Shown: positions 20,880-33,400 of the stretch, piece by piece | Numbering within the stretch: the stretch's first letter is position 1 | Layout: each line of letters begins with the position of its first letter | Assembly: GCA_963752595.1 (NCBI GenBank) | Contig: CAVVYZ010000017.1 | Location: 32,001-96,000 of the forward strand | DNA from: an uncultured delta proteobacterium | GTDB lineage: Bacteria; Desulfobacterota; Desulfomonilia; UBA1062 | Direction: 5' to 3' | Length of the DNA: 64,000 nucleotides | The notes under the pieces: model-generated | Told to the model about the DNA's origin: nothing | Seen by the model: the letters and a program-made list of their open reading frames with translations, nothing else | Database searches by the model: none | Translations under genes and position numbers: made by a program

Positions 20880-22107
20880 TCAGGCCCGCCGATGCCTTTT
20901 CAATTAATTTCTTCGCTAAAGACTCGTCAATTCCCTCAAACTCAAGGAGATCTTCCTCCTTAGCCTTTGCAAGATCCTCTAACGTCAGATATCCTGCGTC
21001 CTTCAATGCTTCTGCCAGTGATTCGTCAACATCATCCATTGACGCTATAGCCTGCCCCTGATCAGAAGATACACTCTCCGGTGCATGCTCGGAACGGACA
21101 TCAATCTTCCACCCGGTCAATTTCGCAACCAACCGTACATTCTGTCCCTTCCTCCCGATAGCCAGACTGAGCTGATCATCGGCTACAACCACATCCATAC
21201 TCCAAGCGGCCTTATCAACAATAACCTTCGAAACCCTTGCCGGCGCAAGCGCATTACAAACAAATCTCACAGGATCTTCGGACCAAACAACGATATCCTG
21301 CCTCTCTCCCTTGAGCTCCTGAATGACATTCTGCACGCGCGCACCCTTAACACCAACACAGGTACCTACCGGATCCACCTTTGCATCATGAGATCTTACG
21401 GCAATCTTTGCACGAATACCTGGTTCGCGGGCAACAGCAACAATTTCAACTATACCTTCCGTAACTTCGGGAACTTCCATTTCGTAGAGCTTGGTTAGAA
21501 ATCGAGGGTGTGTACGAGAGAGCTCTATCTGGGGCTGACGCAAAGATTTTGTTACATCGAGGATCAATGCCTGAATCCTGTCACCGCGCCTGAAAGATTC
21601 TCCAGGGATCATTTCCTTTTCACGCAAGATCGCCTCAGCCTTCCCTATATTAACAATAGCATCTCGCCTGTCGAATCGATGAATGAATCCGGATACCAGC
21701 TCACCTTTCCGATCTATGAATTCATTGTAAACCGCATCCCTCTCGACTTCTTTCACCTTCTGGACAATTACCTGCTTGGCACTCTGGGCGGCTATTCTTC
21801 CCAGCCGCGAAGAATCGAGTTTTTCACCCAATTCATCACCTATCTGACAATTAGGATCGAGATTTCTCGCATCTTTCAGAGAGATTTGGACATTCGGATC
21901 CTCAACCTCATCAGAAATGACTTTGAACTGGAAGACCTCAACCTCATCGATACCCGGATTGTATTGTGCCTCAATATTATCATAGTCGCCATAAACCTTC
22001 CGGGCAGCGCTCTGAACCGCTGCCTCGACAACCTGGACCAGATCTTCCTGCCTGAGACCCTTTTCCTTGACTATCAATTCAATAACTTTCGACAGATTTA
22101 ATACCAT
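20869..22107 (-). CDS. nusA: Transcription elongation factor NusA
   Basis: GRIAAQSAKQV, AREPG, LSLAIGRKGQNVRL. Confidence 0.97.
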   Translation of the reverse strand: MVLNLSKVIELIVKEKGLRQEDLVQVVEAAVQSAARKVYGDYDNIEAQYNPGIDEVEVFQFKVISDEVEDPNVQISLKDARNLDPNCQIGDELGEKLDSSRLGRIAAQSAKQVIVQKVKEVERDAVYNEFIDRKGELVSGFIHRFDRRDAIVNIGKAEAILREKEMIPGESFRRGDRIQALILDVTKSLRQPQIELSRTHPRFLTKLYEMEVPEVTEGIVEIVAVAREPGIRAKIAVRSHDAKVDPVGTCVGVKGARVQNVIQELKGERQDIVVWSEDPVRFVCNALAPARVSKVIVDKAAWSMDVVVADDQLSLAIGRKGQNVRLVAKLTGWKIDVRSEHAPESVSSDQGQAIASMDDVDESLAEALKDAGYLTLEDLAKAKEEDLLEFEGIDESLAKKLIEKASAGLSGR

Positions 22108-22118
22108 AATTACTACTC

Positions 22119-22553
22119 CTAGAAATCGAAATCCAGATTGGCTTTCACGATATCTTTCATTTGAAGCGAAATCTCAGAACCATCAATATCCAGAAGCACT
22201 GCATCTCCTGCCAATCCTTTGATCGTCCCCCTGTATGATTCCTCTTTTGTCTGGATCTTCACCATTCTTCCTATAAAATGTTCGAAATCTTTCTCCGTTT
22301 TCAATCTTCTCGTGAGACCCGGCGAGGAAACTTCCAACCTGTACGATCCCTCGATAGGGTCTCTCGTATCCAGCAGCAGGCTCACCCTCCGGTTGACCGC
22401 AACGCAATCATCCAGCGTCACACCGCCAGGCTTATCAATGGTAAGCCTTAATACACCTCTGGAGTAATCCATCTCAATGAGCTCAAAGCCCATTATGGCT
22501 ATCTCCGGCGATATCAGCGCACTCAAGCTATCCAGTAATCCGTTATCTTTCAT
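22119..22553 (-). CDS. rimP: Ribosome maturation factor RimP
   Basis: LRLTIDKPGG, YRLEVSSPG. Confidence 0.95.
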   Translation of the reverse strand: MKDNGLLDSLSALISPEIAIMGFELIEMDYSRGVLRLTIDKPGGVTLDDCVAVNRRVSLLLDTRDPIEGSYRLEVSSPGLTRRLKTEKDFEHFIGRMVKIQTKEESYRGTIKGLAGDAVLLDIDGSEISLQMKDIVKANLDFDF

Positions 22554-22557
22554 ATGA

Positions 22558-22585
22558 AATAAAAAAGTGGGCTATCGCCCACTTC
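22558..22585 (-). promoter_or_regulatory. rimP leader hairpin (terminator-like)
   Basis: AAGTGGGC-GATA-GCCCACTT plus T-run just upstream of rimP; matches the widespread rimP leader. Confidence 0.8.
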
Positions 22586-22628
22586 GTCCTCTCTAACATT
22601 TCCTCTTCTCTAGCTTCCCTAAAACACC

Positions 22629-22704
22629 TGGAGCGGGCAACGGGATTCGAACCCGCGACATTCAGCTTGGGAAGCTGACACTCTACCAACTGAGCTATGC
22701 CCGC
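22629..22704 (-). tRNA. tRNA-Gly(CCC), CCA encoded
   Basis: GCGGGCATAGCTCAGTTGGTAGAGTGTCAGCTTCCCAAGCTGAATGTCGCGGGTTCGAATCCCGTTGCCCGCTCCA. Confidence 0.95.
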
Positions 22705-22861
22705 ACTGATCACTCTAATAGAATATGACCTATACTTTGTCAACACATCTTTAACAATCAAAAAGAAAGGGGTTTTCCTGAAGAAACAATGAGGAAAAAC
22801 TAGAAATAAGTTCTATCCGATAACTGAAGATTCTTTTATTCTAAGGAACGGTCGCTTTCAT

Positions 22862-23269
22862 TCATTCGATATAATCGGGGAGTATTTTCAGAAGAACCGA
22901 TCTCTTTCTCGGGCCGTCAAATTCGGCAAGATAAATACCCTGCCAAGTACCAAGAACAAGTGACCCGCTTTCCACAAGCACGGTAAGGCTCGAACCGATC
23001 AGACTCGATTTGATGTGGGCATCGGAATTCCCCTCTAGATGACGATAACCGCCGGAAGCCGGAACTAGTTTATCGAGGAACGAAAGTATATCTTCTTTCA
23101 CAGCCGGGTCGGCATTTTCGTTTATTGTTACTCCGCATGTTGTATGGGGAACATAAATGATCACTATGCCTGAGGAGACATCTTCGCTTTTCAAAAAAGA
23201 CTTGATGGAAGAGGTGATATCGATAAGCTGAGTCCTTGACGAGGTCTTTATTTCCACCCGTTTCAGCAT
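22862..23269 (-). CDS. YjbQ/UPF0047 family protein
   Basis: HTTCGVTINEN, HLEGNSDAHIK, LGTWQGIYLAEFDGPR. Confidence 0.92.
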   Translation of the reverse strand: MLKRVEIKTSSRTQLIDITSSIKSFLKSEDVSSGIVIIYVPHTTCGVTINENADPAVKEDILSFLDKLVPASGGYRHLEGNSDAHIKSSLIGSSLTVLVESGSLVLGTWQGIYLAEFDGPRKRSVLLKILPDYIE

Positions 23270-23291
23270 TCATTATTCCCCTTACAACACA

Positions 23292-24068
23292 TTATTTTTT
23301 TGTTGCAAATAATTTATCATAATTCATGGTCGTTTCCCGAGCAATATCTTCAGATGCACATCCCTTGATTTTTGCAATCTGTTCTATCGTATGAATCAGA
23401 TAAGCCGGCTCGTTTCGCTTTCCGCGGAAAGGGACCGGCGCAAGATAAGGCGCATCAGTTTCAACAAGAAGTTTTTCCATCGGGCACATGCGAACTACTT
23501 CTCTTAATGATGATGCATTCTGAAAAGTTACTACCCCGGGAACGGATATATAAAAACCCTTCTCCAGTATTGTTGAAGCCATCTCGGCATCACCGGAATA
23601 GCAATGAAATACCCCTCCGAGCTGCCAGGCATCCTCTTCATTCAAAACTCTCATTGTTTGAACGTGGGCATCGCGATCATGGATTACCAAGGGAAGCGAA
23701 AGGCTTTTCGCCAGAGATATATGAGCACGGAACAGTTCCCTTTGGAGCGGTTCGCTCTCGGGTGTACGATACAAATCAAAACCGGTTTCTCCTACTGCCG
23801 CTACTTTTCCTCGCCCGATGAGACTTTGTAAAGAATGAACATCTTCGGCGGTGTATTTACCGGCATTCTGAGGGTGTATGCCGAGGCTCACCTGTATTCC
23901 TTTATCTAGCGAGGCTAATTCCAGTGCCTTTTCCGAATCAACGGGGTCTGTACCAACCAGGAGCATATTCCTGACGCCCGAAGAAAACGCTCGGTCAATT
24001 ACCTCTTTACGATCTTTATTGAATGCATGAAATTGCAGATGATTATGAGAATCTGAAATACTACTCAT
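23292..24068 (-). CDS. TatD family nuclease
   Basis: DSHNH, GIHP, GETG, HCYSG, ETDAPYL. Confidence 0.93.
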   Translation of the reverse strand: MSSISDSHNHLQFHAFNKDRKEVIDRAFSSGVRNMLLVGTDPVDSEKALELASLDKGIQVSLGIHPQNAGKYTAEDVHSLQSLIGRGKVAAVGETGFDLYRTPESEPLQRELFRAHISLAKSLSLPLVIHDRDAHVQTMRVLNEEDAWQLGGVFHCYSGDAEMASTILEKGFYISVPGVVTFQNASSLREVVRMCPMEKLLVETDAPYLAPVPFRGKRNEPAYLIHTIEQIAKIKGCASEDIARETTMNYDKLFATKK

Positions 24069-24069
24069 A

Positions 24070-24822
24070 TTACATAATTTTCCTGAGATACTTGTGGATC
24101 ATGGAATTGCTCGCCAGAATATCCCTGCAATACACATCAAAGGGTTTACCATCGATTCCCGTGATTTTACCTCCTGCCTCAAGCACGATTGCCGCACCTG
24201 CAGCAACATCCCAGGGATATAGACCGATTTCCCAGAAACCGTCAAACGAACCTGCAGCAACATAGCATAAGTCCAAAGCTGCAGAACCAAGCCTGCGAAT
24301 ACCTTGTACCTCTCCGAGGATCCGTGAAAAACGTGAAATGATATCTCCCGCATGTTCTCCTGAATAGGGAAACCCTGTTACAACGAGAGCATCTATCAAC
24401 CGGGATGTTTCAGAAACAAAAATTCTCTTCCCGCTTCTATAAGCCCCCTTCCCACGTTCAGAATAATACAACTCCTCGCTTACCGGATTATAACAAACAC
24501 CTATATAAGGATTTTTATCTTTATAAACAGCTATAGAGACGCAAAATATCGGGATGCTGTGTACATAATTCACCGTACCATCCAAGGGGTCTACGAACCA
24601 GGTGAATCCGGCACCTGTCTCTTTTGTCAATCCTTCTTCAGCAATGACTGAATGGTTCGGAAATTCACGTTCGATTTCTCCAAAGATTATATCTTGCGAA
24701 CCTTTATCAACTCGAGTTACCGGATTGATACGGCTTTTGAATTCTACCTGAAGGTCTGTACCGATATTCTGCTTGAGATAACCGCCAGCCTTTTTTGCGA
24801 GATAAATAACAAAATCCAGCAT
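24070..24822 (-). CDS. suhB: Inositol monophosphatase (SuhB family)
   Basis: WFVDPLDGTVNY, RRLGSAALDL, PWDVAAG; start at ATG 24822 or 24852. Confidence 0.9.
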   Translation of the reverse strand: MLDFVIYLAKKAGGYLKQNIGTDLQVEFKSRINPVTRVDKGSQDIIFGEIEREFPNHSVIAEEGLTKETGAGFTWFVDPLDGTVNYVHSIPIFCVSIAVYKDKNPYIGVCYNPVSEELYYSERGKGAYRSGKRIFVSETSRLIDALVVTGFPYSGEHAGDIISRFSRILGEVQGIRRLGSAALDLCYVAAGSFDGFWEIGLYPWDVAAGAAIVLEAGGKITGIDGKPFDVYCRDILASNSMIHKYLRKIM

Positions 24823-24866
24823 AGCAACTCTTGCCAACCTCCTGACTTTCATGTACCATAATAAAT

Positions 24867-25382
24867 ATGGATTGCGTTTACAAGATAAAAAAGAAGCTTA
24901 AACTTCCCATGACTCTCGCAACAGTCATATCCATACCGGTCTTTGCAGATGTCATCATGCAAGGCTACAAAACCTCTCTTCTGGTTATGGCTGCTTCTCT
25001 TATGATACTTTTCTATCTCCTCACTATCAATAACTTATTACGAAAAGTGTGGATAACGGACAAAGAGATCTCGATCCGCGGCATTACAGGCTTGCGGCGT
25101 CTTCCCTTTGAGGATATTTCCTTCATCGACGGCATAACCATGGGCACGAGGCAATTCGTCTCCCTGTCGAGCAAAAAACGAAACTACCTTATCCCCAACA
25201 GTTTCGAGAATTTTTCTGATATCGTTTCCACCCTTGAACAGGTAGCAAATGAAGGTACCCTTGGAGAAGGATTAAAATCCATGAAAGAGAATATCGTTGT
25301 CCGTAAGAGTGATATAACCGGTGCATGGATTACCGTCATTCTGTTGCTCATCATCATCCTCGTCAGATTTTTTCCCCGATGA
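24867..25382 (+). CDS. Hypothetical membrane protein (2 TM, soluble PH-like region, C-terminal TM)
   Basis: Hydrophobic segments; TTGCCA-N17-TACCAT promoter-like site 7 nt before the ATG. Confidence 0.7.
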   Translation: MDCVYKIKKKLKLPMTLATVISIPVFADVIMQGYKTSLLVMAASLMILFYLLTINNLLRKVWITDKEISIRGITGLRRLPFEDISFIDGITMGTRQFVSLSSKKRNYLIPNSFENFSDIVSTLEQVANEGTLGEGLKSMKENIVVRKSDITGAWITVILLLIIILVRFFPR

Positions 25383-25456
25383 ATCCATTCAATTTATCAA
25401 TTCTCAATCAAACAAATTACAAAAAATATATTGTTTATTCGAGATCTTATAAATAG

Positions 25457-25472
25457 TGTTTCACGTGAAACT
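25457..25472. promoter_or_regulatory. parS centromere-like site
   Basis: TGTTTCACGTGAAACT, 15/16 match to TGTTTCACGTGAAACA, ending 38 nt upstream of parA. Confidence 0.9.
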
Positions 25473-25510
25473 TTTCTATTCAAAATGATTTTTTTTTATG
25501 GTAGAGCAAC

Positions 25511-26293
25511 ATGGTGAGTCCTAAGATTATAAGCATCTCCAATCAGAAGGGCGGCGTGGGTAAGACTACGACTGCAATAAATCTCGCTTCGTCTTTTGCG
25601 TTGCTGGGTAAGCGCACATTGCTTGTTGATCTGGATCCCCAGGCTAATGCGACAACCGGTGTCGGCATGAATCCTGAAACAGTAGCTTCCCATATCTATC
25701 ATGTCATGATCGGGGAAAAAGATGTTAACACAGTAATCAGGCAGACAAAGCTGAAAGATTTCTTCATAATCCCGAGTCATACTGATCTTGTCGGTGTAGA
25801 GTTTGAGCTGATGAATGAACCCATGAGGGAACGTACCATTTCCCGTTGCTTTTCTCAAATCACTCATCCCTTCGATTATATTATCATCGACTGTCCTCCC
25901 TCTTTGGGGCTCATTACTTTAAATGCACTCACGGCTTCCCATTCCATTCTCATCCCCGTTCAGTGTGAGTATTATGCACTTGAAGGTCTCAAGAGCCTGC
26001 TTAATACCTACAAGCTGGTGAAGAAGAGGCTGAATCCGAGCCTTGCCATTGAGGGTTTTCTTCTCACCATGTATGATTCTCGCACCCGTCTGAGTAATGA
26101 TATTGCAGATAATATGAAGGATCATTTCAGTTCTCAGGTTTTTAAAACTATTATTCCGAGGAATATTCGTTTATGCGAGGCTCCAAGTTTCGGCCTTCCA
26201 ATCTGCCTGTATGATATTTCATCAAAGGGTGCCCAGCATTATCTCATGCTTGCAAAAGAAATTCTTGCGCTGGAGGCAGGGTATGAAAACTAA
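25511..26293 (+). CDS. parA: Chromosome partitioning ATPase ParA/Soj
   Basis: NQKGGVGKTTT, DLDPQANAT, DCPPSLG, PVQCEYYALEG. Confidence 0.95.
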   Translation: MVSPKIISISNQKGGVGKTTTAINLASSFALLGKRTLLVDLDPQANATTGVGMNPETVASHIYHVMIGEKDVNTVIRQTKLKDFFIIPSHTDLVGVEFELMNEPMRERTISRCFSQITHPFDYIIIDCPPSLGLITLNALTASHSILIPVQCEYYALEGLKSLLNTYKLVKKRLNPSLAIEGFLLTMYDSRTRLSNDIADNMKDHFSSQVFKTIIPRNIRLCEAPSFGLPICLYDISSKGAQHYLMLAKEILALEAGYEN

Positions 26294-27131
26294 AACGCGC
26301 TTGGGGAGAGGCATCGATGCGATCTTTACCGACAGTCTCCAGGATGATTCTTCACAAGTTATAGAAATACCGTTGGATGAAATTTATCCCAATCCTACTC
26401 AACCGAGAAAGACCTTCGATGAAAATTCCATTGCCGAACTTGCAGAATCTATCAAATCTCATGGTCTTATCTCTCCGATTCTCGTAAGGAGAATGAATTC
26501 GAGATATGAGATCATTGCAGGCGAGAGGAGATATCAGGCATGTAAATTAGCCGGCATCCGGAATATACCTTCGATTGTAAAGGATATCTCGGATGCGGAT
26601 GCCTTTAAGATCTCTCTGGTTGAAAATCTTCAGCGAGAAGATTTGAACCCAATGGAAGAATCAGAGGCTTTTTATACGCTAAAAGAACAATTCAATTTGA
26701 CACACCAGGATATTGCTGATGCGGTTCAGAAAGACAGGTCTACCATTACGAACTCATTGCGTCTCGTAAATCTCCCTGAAGAGGTGAAAAAATCTCTCAG
26801 GGAAGGAGTTATTTCCACAGGTCATGCCCGTGCCATTTTAATGATTGATAATTATCCCTCTCAGATAGTTCTTCTTAATAAAATCATTTCTCACACATTG
26901 AGTGTCAGAGAAGCAGAGAAGGCTGCATCTGAGAAAGGAAAGAAGAAAAAATGCCTACGGAAGCAAGACCCGTATTTGGAAGAAATTTCCTCTGTTCTTG
27001 CTGAGAAGCTCGGCGTAAAAGTTGTTTGTTTGTGGGGGAAAAGTAAGGGTAAGATCGTAATTGATGTGAGTACGCGAGATGATTTAAAAAGAATTGTACA
27101 GGAACTTTGTCAACATGAAGTACCTATCTGA
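26283..27131 (+). CDS. parB: Chromosome partitioning protein ParB/Spo0J
   Basis: LGRGIDAI, NPTQPRK, AGERRY, ENLQREDL; ATG 26283 after GGAGG. Confidence 0.95.
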   Translation: MKTKTRLGRGIDAIFTDSLQDDSSQVIEIPLDEIYPNPTQPRKTFDENSIAELAESIKSHGLISPILVRRMNSRYEIIAGERRYQACKLAGIRNIPSIVKDISDADAFKISLVENLQREDLNPMEESEAFYTLKEQFNLTHQDIADAVQKDRSTITNSLRLVNLPEEVKKSLREGVISTGHARAILMIDNYPSQIVLLNKIISHTLSVREAEKAASEKGKKKKCLRKQDPYLEEISSVLAEKLGVKVVCLWGKSKGKIVIDVSTRDDLKRIVQELCQHEVPI

Positions 27132-27302
27132 CCATAGAAGTTTTGAACATGTTGACACGGAATAGAATCAGATTCGGTATGGTGGTAAATTATAAACGTT
27201 GTTTTGAACCGGTCAAAAGGGTTAAAAACAAAGGGTTGATTTGGTTATGAACAGGTGAAAAGGTTTTATTAGTTATAACTATATCTAGGGAGAATAAAAA
27301 AA
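27132..27302. other. Candidate replication origin with variant DnaA-like boxes and an AT-rich unwinding tract
   Basis: Five co-oriented 9-mers (27141, 27190, 27202, 27222, 27245) followed by TTTTATTAGTTATAACTATAT just upstream of dnaN. Confidence 0.5.
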
Positions 27303-28427
27303 ATGAGATGTAACATTTCTAAAGTATCTTTGCAGAACATGCTTTCAAAAGTTCAAGGTTTCACGGAAAAAAAATCCACCCTCCCTATTTTGAGCCATGT
27401 CCTGCTTGAGGCTAAAGGTGATTCTTTGCAGGTTAAAGCGACTGATCTCCATACCTCAATTCAAGTGAAAGCTCCCTGCGAAGTCAATCAACCCGGTGCA
27501 TGTGCAATTAATGGAAAGAGTTTTTATGATGTGGTTCGAGAATTACCCGATCAAATGCTCCAGATACTTATAGAGGATAATTCACGGGCTCAAATCAATG
27601 CCGTAAACAGTAAGATAAAAATGAATGTAATGGATGCTGAAGAATATCCTATGGTCGAATTTTCGGATCTGGAGAAAGGATACCCGATCGATCTTGCCGT
27701 GATGAAACCAATGATAGAGAGGACGATTTTTTCCATTCCTTCTTCAGCTGAGAGCGACAGCAAGTATACATTAGGAGGAGCTCTTCTTACGTCTGGTATA
27801 ACGGACAGCAAAGAAGGATATATAGAGATGGTTTCGACCGATACCAGAAGGCTCTCTGTTGTACGATATCTCATGGATAGGCAGATCGACATGGGAAGCG
27901 GTATCATTGTCCCGCGGAAAGGACTTCAGGAACTTAAACGGCTTATGGATAGCAAGGAAGGTGATTCCAGTATTCTCCTTACGAGGGATTCGATCTTTTT
28001 TGTATCTCCTGATACGATAGCTACGGTTCGGTTGATTGATGGTAAATTTCCGGATTATCAAAGTGTAGTTGCTTTGGAAAGCTTTCCGATCTATACCCGG
28101 GTAAATGCTCAGGAGCTTTTTACTGTATTGAAAGTTTGTGTTGCAATGGTTTCTGATATCTCCAATTGTGTGAGATTTTCATTTCAGAAAAACCAGATAG
28201 TGGTTTTTGCAAACAATCCTGATCAGGGTGAGGTTGAGACGCCTATCCCTGCAGAGCATTTTGGCCAGGAATTGGAGATTAATTTTAATCCCCGGTATTT
28301 TATGGATTGCTTATCGTTTGTTGAAGGTGAAATTGAAATAAGGCTGAAAGGTCCCCAGGGTCCTTGCATGATAACGGATTTTAAAAACACAGAAAGTAAA
28401 TGGGTAATTATGCCCATGCGCTTCTAG
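27303..28427 (+). CDS. dnaN: DNA polymerase III beta clamp
   Basis: TLPILSHVL, ATDL, RLIDGKFPDY, FNPRY, VIMPMR. Confidence 0.95.
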   Translation: MRCNISKVSLQNMLSKVQGFTEKKSTLPILSHVLLEAKGDSLQVKATDLHTSIQVKAPCEVNQPGACAINGKSFYDVVRELPDQMLQILIEDNSRAQINAVNSKIKMNVMDAEEYPMVEFSDLEKGYPIDLAVMKPMIERTIFSIPSSAESDSKYTLGGALLTSGITDSKEGYIEMVSTDTRRLSVVRYLMDRQIDMGSGIIVPRKGLQELKRLMDSKEGDSSILLTRDSIFFVSPDTIATVRLIDGKFPDYQSVVALESFPIYTRVNAQELFTVLKVCVAMVSDISNCVRFSFQKNQIVVFANNPDQGEVETPIPAEHFGQELEINFNPRYFMDCLSFVEGEIEIRLKGPQGPCMITDFKNTESKWVIMPMRF

Positions 28428-28442
28428 GAGGCGTAAGGTTAG

Positions 28443-30836
<2,394 letters not shown>

Positions 30837-30863
30837 AGAAAGAATAACAACTGAGGAATATTC

Positions 30864-33290
30864 ATGAATATAACTACCGTCGCAATAGATCAGGAGATGA
30901 GGCGTTCGTACCTTGACTACTCCATGAGTGTAATTATCGGCCGGGCCATTCCTGATGTCAGAGATGGGCTCAAGCCGGTTCATCGCCGGGTATTGTTCGC
31001 TATGCATGAGCAATCAAATACTCATAACAGGGCTTACAAAAAATCCGCCCGTATTGTCGGTGATGTTATCGGTAAGTACCATCCCCATGGCGATTCAGCG
31101 GTATACGATACCATTGTGAGAATGGCTCAGAAGTTTTCAATGAGGTATCCTCTTGTCGATGGACAGGGGAATTTCGGATCTGTTGATGGAGATCCTGCGG
31201 CTGCAATGAGATATACCGAGATACGGATGGAGCGTCTTGCAGAAGAGATGCTTGCAGATATCGAAAAAGATACCGTTGATCATCATCCTAATTATGACGA
31301 GTCGCTGCTTGAACCCGATGTCCTTCCCACCCGTATCCCCGCTTTGCTTCTGAACGGTTCTTCGGGAATTGCCGTCGGTATGGCTACGAGCATTCCGCCC
31401 CACAACAGCAGCGAGCTTATCAATTCGCTCATAGCATTGATCGACCGTCCGAATATCGAGCTGGAAGAAATCATGAAGATCATTCCCGGGCCCGATTTCC
31501 CCACCGGGGGGATTATATTCTCAGGCGGGGAGATAGAAAAGGCATACGCCACGGGAAGAGGCATCATAACCTTGCGGGGAACGTTGAGCAAAGAGCAGGA
31601 TAATAATCGTGATAAGCTCATCATAACGGAGCTCCCGTATACGGTAAATAAGGCCGATCTGGTTGAGAGGATAGCAATACTCACCAATGAGAAAAAAATA
31701 GACGGCATATCCAATATCCGCGACGAATCGGATAAAGACGGCATGCGGGTGGTTATCGATCTGAAAAAAGGTGCTCAGCCTGAGGTGATCGAGAACCTAC
31801 TCTACAAGCTCACCAATCTGCAGACTTCTTTTTCCATGAACATGCTCGCCATCCATAACGGCAGGCCCAAGGTAATGGGGTTGCGCGAGATGCTCAATGC
31901 ATTCCTCGATTTCCGTGAGGAAGTAGTAACACGCAGGAGCCTCTTTGAGCTGAATAAAGCCAAAGCAAGGGTTCATATCCTGGAAGGACTCCTGAAAGCC
32001 CTCGATCATATCGATGAGATCGTAGCGCTCATCAGGGCATCGGCTACGCCCCTTGAGGCGAGAGATAACCTGATACAGCGGTTCGATTTCAGCGAATTGC
32101 AGGCCCAGGCGATTCTGGATATGAGGCTCCAGAGGCTTACCGGCCTTGAGCGGGACAAGATCAGCAGTGAGTACAATGATCTGCTGGCCGATATCAGCCG
32201 GCTTGAAAAAATCCTTTCCGATAGAAAAGAATTGTTCAAGGTCATTCGCAGCGAACTTGAAGAAATCAGAGAAAAGTATGCCGATGTGCGGCGCACTGTC
32301 CTTGTCCGGGGAGCTGCCGGACAGTTCGATATAGAAGATCTGATCTCCGATGAAAAAATGGTCGTTACCATGACAAAGAAGGGATACATCAAACGGACGG
32401 AGCTCGATAAATACAGAACACAGAAACGTGGCGGCGTCGGTGTGAAGGGTGGAGCAGCTTCCGATGATGATTTCATCGAGCATATCTTCGTTGCATCAAA
32501 CCATGCCTCTATCCTCTATTTCACAAACACAGGTAGAGTCTACCATACCAAAGTCTACGAGATACCTGAAAGGGACCGTGCATTGAAGGGTGTTCCCATC
32601 GTCAATATCCGGCCTCTTCAGAAGGACGAGAGGATCTGCGCCATTCTCGTTGCCTCGGACATTCACATGCAGGCCCATGTGGTCATGGTCACTGCCATGG
32701 CGTATACGAAACGGGTCCTGCTGGGAAGTTTCAGCAATATCATGAAGACCGGTATCATTGCCTGCACGCTCGAGCCGGGGGACGAGGTTATTTCCGCACG
32801 TCTTACCCTTGGGGAGGATAAAATCATCGTTGCTACCAATTCGGGAAAGGCTATCGTATTCAAGGAAGACCAGGTCCGGATAATGGGGAGGCAGGCGCAA
32901 GGAGTGCGTGCTATTCGCCTGGATCAAAACGATGTAGTTGTGGGAATGGATGTTATCAGCACACCTGATGATTTCGTGATAAACCTTACCGAGCTGGGAT
33001 TCGGCAAAAAAACCGCGGTTGGAAAATATCCTGTCCAGAAACGTGCAGGAAAGGGTGTGTCTACGGTTCATATTACGCCGAAGACCGGTAAGCTGGTAGG
33101 TGTCAGGGTAGTAAAGGGAACCGACGAACTGATGATCATTTCAACCTCCGGCCAGATCATACGTATGCCGGTAACCCAGATACGAACGACGACGACAAGG
33201 TCTGCACAGGGAGTGCGGGCCATACGAATGAAGGAAAAAGAGAAGATCATTGATTTTACCAAGTATATCGGCGAAGAAGATGCCGAATAA
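30864..33290 (+). CDS. gyrA: DNA gyrase subunit A
   Basis: [23 protein letters not shown], GyrA-box QKRGGVG. Confidence 0.98.
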   Translation: MNITTVAIDQEMRRSYLDYSMSVIIGRAIPDVRDGLKPVHRRVLFAMHEQSNTHNRAYKKSARIVGDVIGKYHPHGDSAVYDTIVRMAQKFSMRYPLVDGQGNFGSVDGDPAAAMRYTEIRMERLAEEMLADIEKDTVDHHPNYDESLLEPDVLPTRIPALLLNGSSGIAVGMATSIPPHNSSELINSLIALIDRPNIELEEIMKIIPGPDFPTGGIIFSGGEIEKAYATGRGIITLRGTLSKEQDNNRDKLIITELPYTVNKADLVERIAILTNEKKIDGISNIRDESDKDGMRVVIDLKKGAQPEVIENLLYKLTNLQTSFSMNMLAIHNGRPKVMGLREMLNAFLDFREEVVTRRSLFELNKAKARVHILEGLLKALDHIDEIVALIRASATPLEARDNLIQRFDFSELQAQAILDMRLQRLTGLERDKISSEYNDLLADISRLEKILSDRKELFKVIRSELEEIREKYADVRRTVLVRGAAGQFDIEDLISDEKMVVTMTKKGYIKRTELDKYRTQKRGGVGVKGGAASDDDFIEHIFVASNHASILYFTNTGRVYHTKVYEIPERDRALKGVPIVNIRPLQKDERICAILVASDIHMQAHVVMVTAMAYTKRVLLGSFSNIMKTGIIACTLEPGDEVISARLTLGEDKIIVATNSGKAIVFKEDQVRIMGRQAQGVRAIRLDQNDVVVGMDVISTPDDFVINLTELGFGKKTAVGKYPVQKRAGKGVSTVHITPKTGKLVGVRVVKGTDELMIISTSGQIIRMPVTQIRTTTTRSAQGVRAIRMKEKEKIIDFTKYIGEEDAE

Positions 33291-33313
33291 GCAAGAGGCG
33301 AAATCGTATAGTG

Positions 33314-33347
33314 AAAAAGGAGGTGCACGATAGCACCTCCTTTTTTT
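33314..33347. terminator. Bidirectional intrinsic terminator between gyrA and purQ
   Basis: A5-GGAGGTGC-ACGATA-GCACCTCC-T7. Confidence 0.85.
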
Positions 33348-33400
33348 ATATAAAAACAAGTAGAATAAAGCAGCTGTTAAGCTATTTATCCTGAACCAGC

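Noticed and set aside
24823-24837. Sigma54-like TGGCA...TTGCT upstream of suhB
   Set aside because: GG to GC spacing is 8 nt rather than the required 10.
25048-25056. Perfect DnaA box TGTGGATAA
   Set aside because: Single copy inside a coding sequence; it could be chance and does not define an origin alone.
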